Shown piece by piece: positions 17,053-25,476 of a stretch of 60,066 nt of DNA. This DNA comes from Candidatus Omnitrophota bacterium. Its GTDB lineage: Bacteria > Omnitrophota > Gorgyraeia > Gygaellales > Profunditerraquicolaceae. Location: NCBI GenBank assembly GCA_040754615.1, contig JBFMBZ010000044.1, forward strand, positions 1-60,066, in the 5' to 3' direction. The notes beneath the pieces are model-generated. The model worked only from the letters and a program-made list of their open reading frames with translations. It was not told the origin of the DNA and made no database searches. The translations under genes were made by a program, and so were the position numbers. The first letter of the stretch is position 1. Each line of letters opens with the position of its first letter.

Positions 17053-17451
17053 TTAATAGGTGCTGGAATCTGCGGTAGCTCCCCAGATTGCTCCGTTAGT
17101 GCTGTCATACAACCACCCTGCTCCGGTAGTGGTATATCTGGCAGATGCAGTAGCCGCGAGGACCGCCGTAGAGTCATTATAAGGGTTGGGCGGGATGCTG
17201 CCATTTGCCATTACTCCTGTGGAAGTAGTGGTTAATTGCGAAAGCGAAGGATAGTCTGCAGTTCCGCTGGTTGCGCTTTTTGCATACCAGATTGCGATGC
17301 CGCTTCTTAAGCCGCCTAATGCCCCCTTACAGGCTGCGGTCCTTGCCTCGCCCTGCAAATTAAAAAATGTAGGAAGCGCTACAGCTGCGAGTATGCCGAG
17401 GATGACAATGACCATTACCAGCTCGATTAAAGTAAAACCTTTTTTCATCAA
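17053..17451 (-). CDS. pilA: Type IV major pilin (prepilin)
   Basis: MMKKG/FTLIELVMVIVILGILAAVALP is a canonical type IVa leader with the Glu5 helix. 132 aa with a Ser/Thr-rich C-terminal half. It has its own promoter, a strong GGAGGG ribosome-binding site and a terminator. Confidence 0.85.
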   Translation of the reverse strand: MMKKGFTLIELVMVIVILGILAAVALPTFFNLQGEARTAACKGALGGLRSGIAIWYAKSATSGTADYPSLSQLTTTSTGVMANGSIPPNPYNDSTAVLAATASARYTTTGAGWLYDSTNGAIWGATADSSTY

Positions 17452-17480
17452 CCCTCCTTCGGAAATTCCTGATTTTTCTT

Positions 17481-17509
17481 ATGCTATCACCCCAAAAAAA
17501 CAAAGTCAA
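17481..17509 (-). promoter_or_regulatory. Sigma70-type promoter for the major pilin (TTGACT-17 nt-TAGCAT, TG at the extended -10 position)
   Basis: Minus strand: TTGACT ttgtttttttggggtga TAGCAT, about 35 nt upstream of the pilin ATG. Confidence 0.45.
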
Positions 17510-17626
17510 GGATTTCTTTTATAGCCTTGCCTTAAACTTGCGGGTGGATCGGCTTGTTTCTAAGCAGCACGCAGGAGGCTTGGCTATTTATTTGGTATTA
17601 TTGAAACAAGACAAGCCAACCGCTTC

Positions 17627-18841
17627 CTATGCCGGCTTAAAGACCTTGATAAGATTCCACATCGGCAGGAATATTGCTAAAGCCATAATTAAAACCATTA
17701 CCGCTAAAATGAGAATTAGCAGCGGCTCGATATAAGTTGTCAGGTTTCTGATGGTGTATCCGGATTCCAAATCGTAATAGTCCGCGACGCTAAGAAGCAG
17801 GTCATCTACCTTTCCTGACTGCTCCCCTACGGAAACCATCTGGGTTACCACAGGAGGGAATAATCCGCTTACTTTCATCGGCTCTGAGAGGCCGCGGCCC
17901 TGGCTTACGCTCTCTTTTATATTGGACACTGCCCGGCTAATTATTACATTGCCGCAGGTCCTTCCGGAAAGGTCTAAAACTTCCAAAATTGATACTCCGC
18001 TTTTCATCAGAGTGGCGGTCACCCTGGCAAAGCGCGACATAATGAGCATGGTAGTAAGAGCGCCGAAAACAGGGGTTCTCAACTTAAAGTTATCCCAAAC
18101 AGTGCGGCCATACGCAGAGCGGATAAACCTGAAGAATGCAGATAAGGTTATGCCTATCCCTAAAATAAATAAATACCAGTATTTTTTAAAAGCAAGGTTT
18201 ATGGCAATAAGAGCCTGGGTCGGCAGGGGAAGAGCAGCATTAAACTGGCTGTAAATAGAAGCAAAACGCGGGATAACGAAAGTTACAACGATTAAGAACC
18301 CCAGGCACAAGACGGACAGGGCTATCAAAGGGTAACGCGTAGCTGCCTTGATGCGGTTTTGCGTATCCATCTTCTGCTCAATAAGTAAATTTAAACGCGA
18401 CAGGATTTCAACCAAAGAGCCTCCTGCTTCTGCTGCGCGGACCATACTGACAAATACTTCATCAAAAACGCGGGGGTGCTTCTTCAGCGCCTGGGAAAAA
18501 CTCATTCCTTCTTTGATATCGCGGCTAACCTCGTTTATAATCAAACGGAAATAATTGTTTTTTGCCTGCTCGGCGATGGCAGTGAGGCCGGAGAGCAAAG
18601 GAAGGCCTGCCTTTTGCAGGGAATAAAGCTGGCGGGTGAAAGCGCTCAGTTCGTTTAATTTCACCGCCTTAAACCTGGTTAAGAAACTCTGCGCGGATAA
18701 ATTGTGCGCTGCTTCAATGGATATGGGCAGATACCCCATATCATTAAGCTTTTTCGCTGCTTCATCGGCGCTAGATGCTTCTATCGCGCCTGTGACCTGC
18801 CTTGAAAATTTATCACGGCTGCGGTATTTAAAGTTTGCCAT
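17627..18841 (-). CDS. pilC: Type IV pilus platform protein PilC (GspF family)
   Basis: 404 aa with two T2SSF repeats and 3 TM segments. Typical FTRQLYSLQKAGLPLL and FPPVVTQMVSVGEQSG motifs. Confidence 0.9.
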   Translation of the reverse strand: MANFKYRSRDKFSRQVTGAIEASSADEAAKKLNDMGYLPISIEAAHNLSAQSFLTRFKAVKLNELSAFTRQLYSLQKAGLPLLSGLTAIAEQAKNNYFRLIINEVSRDIKEGMSFSQALKKHPRVFDEVFVSMVRAAEAGGSLVEILSRLNLLIEQKMDTQNRIKAATRYPLIALSVLCLGFLIVVTFVIPRFASIYSQFNAALPLPTQALIAINLAFKKYWYLFILGIGITLSAFFRFIRSAYGRTVWDNFKLRTPVFGALTTMLIMSRFARVTATLMKSGVSILEVLDLSGRTCGNVIISRAVSNIKESVSQGRGLSEPMKVSGLFPPVVTQMVSVGEQSGKVDDLLLSVADYYDLESGYTIRNLTTYIEPLLILILAVMVLIMALAIFLPMWNLIKVFKPA

Positions 18842-18844
18842 CTT

Positions 18845-20518
18845 TTAGGCTTCCTGCGTTACCCTGAGGGCTTCCTCTGCCGAGGTAAAGCCGCTCTTTA
18901 CTTTCTGTATACCGTCTTCATAGAGGGTGCGCATCCCAAAGGATACGGCTTTCTTACGGATCTCATTTGCCGGCATTTTAGCAGTAACCATATTCTTGAT
19001 ATCTTCATTGATGAGCAATAGCTCAAAGATACCGATGCGCCCGGAAAACCCGGTATTGCGGCATTGGTTACAGCCTCTTCCCCGGAAAAATTCCATCTTT
19101 TCATTCAACTGTAAATCCTGCAATACCTCACTTGAGGGGGTGTAACTTTCTTTGCATTTGGGGCAGATTAAGCGCACCAGCCTCTGGGCCAGTATGCCGA
19201 TTATGGAACTTGCAATCAAAAACGGCTCAACGCCCATATCGATTAAACGGGTAAGGCTGCTTGACGCATCATTTGTATGCAGGGTTGATAAAACCAGGTG
19301 CCCGGTCAAAGACGCCTGTATGGCAATTTCTGCGGTTTCTTTATCGCGGATTTCTCCGACCATAATAATATCCGGGTCCTGCCTTAAAATACTCCTCAAG
19401 CCATTGGCAAAAGAAAGGCCCGCCTTGAGGTTTACCTGAGTCTGCCGGATTAAAGGGATTTCATATTCCACCGGGTCCTCAATGGTGATTATATTTTTCT
19501 CTACCGAATTTATTGTGGATAAAGCCGAATATAGCGTAGTAGTTTTTCCGGAACCGGTGGGCCCGGTAACCAGGATTATGCCGTTGGGACGGCGGATTAA
19601 CCGTTCAAACGCCTTTAAATCCCCTGCCTGCAATCCTAAGTCTTTTAAGCCTAATAGCAAAGCAGACTTATCCAGGATCCTGATGACTATATTTTCTCCG
19701 TGCATAGTCGGGAAAGTAGAGACCCTCAAGTCTAAGTCCTTGCCTTCCATCTTCAGCTGAATCCTCCCGTCCTGGGGGTTACGCGACTCTGCGATATCCA
19801 TCTTCGCCATTACCTTTATCCGAGAGGCAAGGGCGCTTTGTAAATGCTGCGGAATCTGCTCTATTTCATGCAAGATTCCGTCAATGCGGTAGCGGATAAG
19901 CACGCCTGTCTGCGCAGGTTCAATATGTATGTCCGAGGCGCGCATTTTTACTGCCTGTATAATAATCAGGTTGGCTAACTTGACTACCGGAGCTTCTTCC
20001 GTGAGCGCGGCTAAGCCTTTTTCGCCCCTGGCCTTCTCTTCCAATTTTTCTTTTGTCAGGCTTTCTGCCAAATCCTTTATACTTCCTTCTGCCGTGTAAT
20101 ACTGGTCTATAATCTGCTCTATCATCTCGGAGGTTGATAAAACCGGCTCTATCGCGCCTGTGCCGCTTTTTAGCCGCATTTCATCAATTGCCATAATATT
20201 CAAGGGGTCAGCCATGGCCACGGTCAGGGTATCCCCGATCTTAAATATCGGGACTGCCTTGTATTTTCTGGCCATATCTTCGGGGATGACCTTAAGGAGC
20301 TCAATATCAATCAGATAATCGGATAAATCCATAAAGATAACCCCCATATCCTGTGCCAGCGCCTGCATAACATCATTTTGGGAAATAAAACCCAGCTTCT
20401 CCAGCGCTTTTTCTATCGGCATACCGGTTTTATTTACCTCTTCCCTTGCCCGCAAAAGCTGCTCTTCGGTAATAATCCCCTTTTGTATCAATGCATCCAA
20501 TCTTAACATCTGCGACAT
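18845..20518 (-). CDS. pilB: Type IV pilus assembly ATPase PilB (GspE family)
   Basis: Walker A GPTGSGKTT, Asp box, Walker B IIMVGEIRD, His box and the tetracysteine CPKC...CNQC. Start set at MSQMLRLD (20518). The track start at 20608 would overlap the upstream REC gene by 71 nt. Confidence 0.9.
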   Translation of the reverse strand: MSQMLRLDALIQKGIITEEQLLRAREEVNKTGMPIEKALEKLGFISQNDVMQALAQDMGVIFMDLSDYLIDIELLKVIPEDMARKYKAVPIFKIGDTLTVAMADPLNIMAIDEMRLKSGTGAIEPVLSTSEMIEQIIDQYYTAEGSIKDLAESLTKEKLEEKARGEKGLAALTEEAPVVKLANLIIIQAVKMRASDIHIEPAQTGVLIRYRIDGILHEIEQIPQHLQSALASRIKVMAKMDIAESRNPQDGRIQLKMEGKDLDLRVSTFPTMHGENIVIRILDKSALLLGLKDLGLQAGDLKAFERLIRRPNGIILVTGPTGSGKTTTLYSALSTINSVEKNIITIEDPVEYEIPLIRQTQVNLKAGLSFANGLRSILRQDPDIIMVGEIRDKETAEIAIQASLTGHLVLSTLHTNDASSSLTRLIDMGVEPFLIASSIIGILAQRLVRLICPKCKESYTPSSEVLQDLQLNEKMEFFRGRGCNQCRNTGFSGRIGIFELLLINEDIKNMVTAKMPANEIRKKAVSFGMRTLYEDGIQKVKSGFTSAEEALRVTQEA

Positions 20519-20537
20519 TCTTTCTGGGCGAGTATCT

Positions 20538-20906
20538 TTATGCTCCGATAAGCTCCTTAATCTTTTCCAAAAGCGCCGGCGGGTCAAAAGGCTTGGCGAT
20601 ATAGGCATCGGCCCCGACTTCCTTACTCATCTCTGCTACGTCATGCTGAGCGCGCGCAGTAAAAAGAATTATGGGAATATGTTTATATTTTGCGTCAAAT
20701 TTTAACATGCGGCAGACTTTGTAACCGTCAATTTTGGGAAGCATCAAATCCAGGATAATCAGGTCCGGCTTATCCGTATGCGAACGCATAAGCCCCTCCT
20801 CGCCGTCGGAAGCCGAAATAACCTCATAGCCATTTGCCTCAAGACGCATTTTTATAAGCTCTACCAGTTGCGTTTCGTCATCCACTATCAGGATTTTCTT
20901 AGGCAT
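20538..20906 (-). CDS. Response regulator, stand-alone receiver domain (1 of 4 tandem)
   Basis: ILIVDDE, LIILDLMLP, ILFTA and IAKP motifs. 122 aa. Confidence 0.85.
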   Translation of the reverse strand: MPKKILIVDDETQLVELIKMRLEANGYEVISASDGEEGLMRSHTDKPDLIILDLMLPKIDGYKVCRMLKFDAKYKHIPIILFTARAQHDVAEMSKEVGADAYIAKPFDPPALLEKIKELIGA

Positions 20907-21249
20907 CTTTTATTATCTTTTCTATATCCTTTAAAGAAAACGGCTTCTTTAGAAAAATGTTTATCCCTAAGTCTTTGGTAAACTCCTCATTGATTAAATC
21001 GTATCCCGAGATCATCGCTATCGTAGCCTGGGGGTTAGTTTCTTTTATCACTTTGACTAATTCCACGCCGGTCAATTCCGGCATATTGCAATCAAGGAAT
21101 ACGCAGTCATATTTGTTTCTTTCCAATAAATGCTTGGCCTCTTTGCCGTCGAAAGCCAAATCCACGCTGCAGTGTAGTTTATCCAGGTATTCCTTAAGGA
21201 TCAGGCAACACTGCCGTTCGTCATCCGCTACCAGGACCTTCTCTTTCAT
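20899..21249 (-). CDS. Response regulator, stand-alone receiver domain (2 of 4 tandem)
   Basis: VLVADDE, CVFLDCNMP, AMISG and LKKP motifs. 116 aa. Confidence 0.8.
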   Translation of the reverse strand: MKEKVLVADDERQCCLILKEYLDKLHCSVDLAFDGKEAKHLLERNKYDCVFLDCNMPELTGVELVKVIKETNPQATIAMISGYDLINEEFTKDLGINIFLKKPFSLKDIEKIIKDA

Positions 21250-21632
21250 TTTGCTTTATATTGGTCAGCGAGGTTTAAGAGGCTGGAAATATTGTTTATC
21301 TCCTCTTTAAGGTCGCTATTTTTCACGATGAAACCCGAGGCATCAAACCTGTTTGCCAGGCGGAACCTTTCTTCATTATTGAATGCGGTAATAATAAATA
21401 CCGGCAATTTTTTGTCTTTTTTCCTTATGCATCTTAAGACTTTCAAGCCGTCCATTTCAGGCATGAGGATGTCAAGCAGGACAGCTCTGGGCTTATCCTC
21501 TGCTATTTTAAAAAGCGCTTCTTTCCCGTTATTGGCCGTAATTACTTCATAGCCTCCTGCCTCAAGCCTTACCCGCATCATCTCTAAAAAATCAGGCTCA
21601 TCATCAACTACAAGTATCTTCTTTTTTTCCAT
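21246..21632 (-). CDS. Response regulator, stand-alone receiver domain (3 of 4 tandem)
   Basis: ILVVDDEPD, AVLLDILMP, FIITA and IVKN (Lys retained, Pro replaced by Asn). 128 aa. Confidence 0.8.
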   Translation of the reverse strand: MEKKKILVVDDEPDFLEMMRVRLEAGGYEVITANNGKEALFKIAEDKPRAVLLDILMPEMDGLKVLRCIRKKDKKLPVFIITAFNNEERFRLANRFDASGFIVKNSDLKEEINNISSLLNLADQYKAK

Positions 21633-21644
21633 CCTTCCCTCCCT

Positions 21645-22019
21645 TTACGTAGCCCCAAGCAAACTTTTTATCCTGGCAACTAATTCCTTGGAATCGTAAG
21701 GCTTCTTTATACAGGCATCCGCGCCTGCTGCCAGGCATTTTTCCTCAATGTCTTTTGTGCCTGAACCGGTAATTATAATAATAGGTATCTTGCGTGTTAG
21801 GCTATCCTGTTTTAGTTCTTTACAAACCTCATAACCGTTCATCTTGGGCAAGAGCAGGTCAAGCAGGATTAAATCCGGATTTTCTTTTTTTGCCTTAAGA
21901 AGGCCCTCCTGACCGTCAGAGGCGCAAATCATCTCCAGGCCGCTTGCCTCAAGCCGGATCTGAATCATCATCACCTGGTCCGGTTCGTCTTCAATAAAAA
22001 GTATCTTCTTTTTAATCAT
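21645..22019 (-). CDS. Response regulator, stand-alone receiver domain (4 of 4 tandem)
   Basis: ILFIEDEPD, LILLDLLLP, IIITG and IKKP motifs. 124 aa. Confidence 0.85.
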   Translation of the reverse strand: MIKKKILFIEDEPDQVMMIQIRLEASGLEMICASDGQEGLLKAKKENPDLILLDLLLPKMNGYEVCKELKQDSLTRKIPIIIITGSGTKDIEEKCLAAGADACIKKPYDSKELVARIKSLLGAT

Positions 22020-22020
22020 T

Positions 22021-24852
22021 CTATCCCGTAAGAGAACATGAGCTTTTTGCTTTTTGAATCAGGTCCTCCTCGCTGCCTGCTTCGTCCGGAAAGACTGAAC
22101 AGCCAAAATGCAGGCTTATCTTTTCAGCTATCCTGCTTGTGCTCAGGTACTCATTAAGCACCTCTTGGAGCCTGGCCTTTACCCTTACGGCATTTTCCTT
22201 ATCGCATTCAGCCAAAATAACAATAATCTCTCCGGTATCTTTAATGACCATATCCCTCTCTTTACGCAATGTCCGGTTTAAGACCGTCTCCATGTCTTCA
22301 AGTATGCCGCGTATCTGTTCGGTGCTCAGTTTCTGCCTAAGCTTATCAAAATCTTGGATAGATACCAGGACTAAAGTCATCTTGACGCTCTTCTTGACCG
22401 CCTCTTTCATGCCGGCGCTTACATATTCCTTGAACAGCTCTTCGGCGCTGTATTTCGGCAAAACAAAACTGAATTTAGTGCCTTTTCCAACCTCACTATC
22501 TATCCAAATCCTTCCCTTGTGCATTTCCACAATATTCTTCACTATGGATAATCCCAGGCCAGTGCCTTTTTCTCCGGGGCCTGCCACGCGGCCAAACTGC
22601 TGGAATTTGTTAAACACAAGGGGCAGGTCTTCTTTAGAAATTCCTACTCCGGTATCGGCTACAGCGCATTCTATCTGGCTGCCTTTGTCATAGACCGCTA
22701 TTTCTATATATCCTTTTTCCGTAAACTTAATGGCATTGCCTAAAAGGTTGGTAAAGACCTGGGTAGTCCTGTCCTTATCAATATATAACTCAGTTTCTTG
22801 TTCCGGTAAAGCTATTTTTAACTCAATGCCCTTTGCCTTGGTTTTTAACTCAAATGAAGAAGCCAGCTGGTTTACTAATTTATTTATGTTCACTAATTCC
22901 CTCTTAAGTTCAATGCGGCCGGCTTCTATTTTAGATATGTCTAAAAGGTCATCTATGATCCTGGATAAGCGGTCTATATTGTCCCTTGAGGTGGCAAGTA
23001 TCCTCTCCTGTTTCTCGTTTATCTCTCCGGTAATCCTGTCCAGGACAATGCTTAAACCCTCCTTGGTAATGGAAAGAGGGGTCCTTAACTCATGAGAGAC
23101 GGTAGAAACAAATTCCGTCTTCATCCGGTCTATCTCTTTTTCTTGCGTGATATCCCTTAAGACCACGACCAATCCAATAACCTTAGAGGCTGCATCTTTT
23201 ACCTGTGCCACCTGGCAGAGTAAAACTAAACTCTCATTGCCTTTGGGCACGGTAATTTCTTCAACAAATGAGCTTTTCTTGTAGCCGTATTTTTTTAACA
23301 AAAGGCCCAGGTTCAGGATTGCGGATTTATTGCTCAGCATATCCATATTAACTTCGGTTTCTGCAGGAAAACCGAACAAGCGCTTCGCCGACGCGTTAAG
23401 CATTACGAGTTGGCCTTGGGCATCAAACATAATGATGCCCTCCAGCATGCTGGCCATCATTGCTTCCATCTTCAGCTTATCTGCGGTAATAGCCTCCTTT
23501 GTCTCCTGCAGGTCCTCCAGCAAATTTAAGGTTGCTTCCTTGCTCTGCTCTAATTCCCGCGTGCGCTCCTTAACTTTTTCTTCAAGGCCTGCTGCCAGTT
23601 CTTGAAGTTTATCCCTGCCTTCCCGGATTTCTTTCTGTTCCCCTTTAATAGTAGCTATCATGTAATTGAATGAGTCTGATAGCTGTTCCAGCTCATCGCC
23701 GGTCCTAATCCGGACTTCATAATCCAGGTTTCCTTTGATAACCTCCTCCGTGGCTTCGTGAAGCTTCTTTATCGGCTTGACGAAAACGCCGCTAAAGAGA
23801 AAGCCTGTCGGTATGACAATCATTATCATTATGCCTGCCAGGCTGAACATCTGAAGCATAAGCGTATTTAAAGGCGCAAATACCTCCTCAACCTCCTGGT
23901 CAACGCTGACATACCAGCGTAAGCCTGCCTTTGACAAAAGAGGGTGTTTGAGCTCGCTGAAAGCACTAAATAGCCCTCCTTTGTGTATATGTGCCTCCTT
24001 TATCACCGACCAGCCTAGCCGGCTTTGCATTAATTTTTGAAAATCCGCTTCGCTGCAGAAATTTGAACTCAGAGGGGCTCCCCCGGGATGAAATATAATC
24101 CGGTTATTGTCGTCAAGCAATACTGCGTGCCCGGTTTTCCCGAGCCCGATATTTTCTAAGGGCGCAAAAAAGGAATTAAGGTCTATGGCCTCTCTGCATA
24201 TGCCGATTAAATTGCCTGCGCTGTCTCTTAAGGGAGAGGCAATGCCGACGCTCGGCTTTCCGGAAGCTCCATCCGCCTCTATGCCGCTTACGAAATCATC
24301 TCCCTTGCCTTGCATAAACGCCTTCTTCCACCAGGTTGCGTCCGCATGGAAAAATCCCGAAGCCTCCCCGGAAGCCGCAACCAGTCCTCCGTGTTTATCA
24401 GTTAAGATTATCTCTAAAACGCGCTGGTCAGCCTGAACCAAGTTTTTGAGGCTTAAGCTTAAGGGGCTGTCAAGGTATGGCTTGATAAGAAGGCCGTATC
24501 GCGCGGGATCCTTCCATTGCCTGTCCATCTCAGAAAAAGAAATCTTCATTTCTTCCTCTGACATATCTTTATACTTCAAGTTAGCATTTAGGACTGCCTC
24601 CTGCCAGAAAGGGCTGCTTAAATGCACCCGCAAATCTTCCAATTCCGCATTGATTATCCTTTCAATTGCCTGCGCCAGTATCCGGGCGTCCTGGACCCTC
24701 TCTTTGCCTATGGTATTGCGCAATAAATTAAAACCCCAGAAATATCCGCAAGCTATGGCTATGGCGAGGATAAGAAAGCTGGTAAGGCAAATAAGGAGGG
24801 TAATCTTTCGCCTGATGCCGGTTTTGTGTTTTATGGGGCGCGGTCCGTTCAT
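22021..24852 (-). CDS. Sensor histidine kinase: TM, Cache-like periplasmic domain, HAMP, coiled coil, PAS, HisKA, HATPase_c, C-terminal degenerate GGDEF-like domain
   Basis: 943 aa. H-box FVSTVSHELRTPL, N-box FTNLLGNAIKFT, G1 DTGVGI and G2 GTGLGLS. The last ~120 aa follow the GGDEF fold pattern (VLVSIQDFDKL...DTGEIIVILAECD...ISLHFGCSVFP) with TGEII in place of GGDEF. Confidence 0.85.
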   Translation of the reverse strand: MNGPRPIKHKTGIRRKITLLICLTSFLILAIAIACGYFWGFNLLRNTIGKERVQDARILAQAIERIINAELEDLRVHLSSPFWQEAVLNANLKYKDMSEEEMKISFSEMDRQWKDPARYGLLIKPYLDSPLSLSLKNLVQADQRVLEIILTDKHGGLVAASGEASGFFHADATWWKKAFMQGKGDDFVSGIEADGASGKPSVGIASPLRDSAGNLIGICREAIDLNSFFAPLENIGLGKTGHAVLLDDNNRIIFHPGGAPLSSNFCSEADFQKLMQSRLGWSVIKEAHIHKGGLFSAFSELKHPLLSKAGLRWYVSVDQEVEEVFAPLNTLMLQMFSLAGIMIMIVIPTGFLFSGVFVKPIKKLHEATEEVIKGNLDYEVRIRTGDELEQLSDSFNYMIATIKGEQKEIREGRDKLQELAAGLEEKVKERTRELEQSKEATLNLLEDLQETKEAITADKLKMEAMMASMLEGIIMFDAQGQLVMLNASAKRLFGFPAETEVNMDMLSNKSAILNLGLLLKKYGYKKSSFVEEITVPKGNESLVLLCQVAQVKDAASKVIGLVVVLRDITQEKEIDRMKTEFVSTVSHELRTPLSITKEGLSIVLDRITGEINEKQERILATSRDNIDRLSRIIDDLLDISKIEAGRIELKRELVNINKLVNQLASSFELKTKAKGIELKIALPEQETELYIDKDRTTQVFTNLLGNAIKFTEKGYIEIAVYDKGSQIECAVADTGVGISKEDLPLVFNKFQQFGRVAGPGEKGTGLGLSIVKNIVEMHKGRIWIDSEVGKGTKFSFVLPKYSAEELFKEYVSAGMKEAVKKSVKMTLVLVSIQDFDKLRQKLSTEQIRGILEDMETVLNRTLRKERDMVIKDTGEIIVILAECDKENAVRVKARLQEVLNEYLSTSRIAEKISLHFGCSVFPDEAGSEEDLIQKAKSSCSLTG

Positions 24853-24853
24853 T

Positions 24854-25408
24854 TTACATACAGGCGCGGTTAATCTTTTCTTCCAATTCCTTAATCTGCT
24901 TCTTAAGCTCTATCATTTTAAGTTCCCTGCCTACTGCCACCTTATTAAACCTTTCCAAATCAATTATTTTCTTTTTGAGGCTCTCCTCCATGTTCTTCTG
25001 CGCGGTAATATCTTCCAGCATCTCTACAGCTGCAACGATATTACCGGCCTTATCCCTTACCGGAGAAGAAATAATTCTGTAATTGACAACGCTCTCTTGC
25101 CGCTTTGTTTCTGTAACTACCTCGCGGACCTGGCCGTCTTTTAAAGTCTGGCAGACCGGGCAATATGCGCATGGCTCTTCTGTAGGCGGCTTATTAAACA
25201 CGCGGTAGCAAATATTATTTTCATTTAAGTCCACATTCGGAAACCATTTTTTCATCTGGCTATTCATCATCAATATCCGCATCTTCGGAGAAATGAGCGA
25301 TATCCCGATTCCGATATTATCTACCACTGCCCTAAACTTTTCTTCGGACATCGTCAACTCTTCGGGGTTACACGTAATTTGTTCCTGCTTTTTTAAGTTG
25401 TCTTCCAT
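24854..25408 (-). CDS. PAS domain protein with C-terminal coiled coil
   Basis: 184 aa. PAS core with a CAYCPVC motif, then LEDITAQK and a heptad-rich tail. The stop is 1 nt from the kinase start. Confidence 0.7.
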   Translation of the reverse strand: MEDNLKKQEQITCNPEELTMSEEKFRAVVDNIGIGISLISPKMRILMMNSQMKKWFPNVDLNENNICYRVFNKPPTEEPCAYCPVCQTLKDGQVREVVTETKRQESVVNYRIISSPVRDKAGNIVAAVEMLEDITAQKNMEESLKKKIIDLERFNKVAVGRELKMIELKKQIKELEEKINRACM

Positions 25409-25411
25409 TTT

Positions 25412-25450
25412 AAAGAAAAAAACCGGATCAGCCTTTTCAATGTGATCCGG
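25412..25450 (-). terminator. Intrinsic terminator hairpin located inside the leader of the PAS/kinase operon (candidate attenuator)
   Basis: Minus strand: CCGGATCA cattgaaaaggc TGATCCGG TTTTTTT. The U-tract ends 7 nt before the PAS ATG. Confidence 0.65.
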
Positions 25451-25476
25451 GTTATTTAGGGTTTTTCATCTCCCTA

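Noticed and set aside
17520-17626. A sigma54 (-24/-12) promoter for the pilin gene.
   Set aside because: I searched the minus strand for TGGCAC-N5-TTGC. The only GG...GC candidates (TGGCTTGTCTTGTTT) have wrong spacing or sequence. A sigma70-like TTGACT-17-TAGCAT fits better.
20519-20608. Longer N-terminal extensions given by the ORF track: PilB 20608, RR 1342, minor pilin 13883, lipoproteins 26270 and 30341, NuoH-like 40931, PfkB 44950, EF-hand 55144, XRE 5990.
   Set aside because: In each case a downstream ATG removes a long overlap with the preceding gene. That ATG is also preceded by a GGAGG-type ribosome-binding site, forms an ATGA overlap with the upstream stop, abuts or lies just after the upstream stop, or coincides with the predicted leaderless transcription start (XRE). 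The extra residues precede the signal peptide or first conserved motif.
24446-25144. 232-aa plus-strand ORF. Similar long plus-strand ORFs occur at 1962-2486, 7823-8314, 22139-22693, 22730-23095, 33357-33779 and 35860-36246.
   Set aside because: All lie antisense to minus-strand genes with clear catalytic or domain motifs. They are low-complexity, rich in Ser, Leu, Arg and Pro, and lack ribosome-binding sites or recognisable motifs. They are shadow ORFs.
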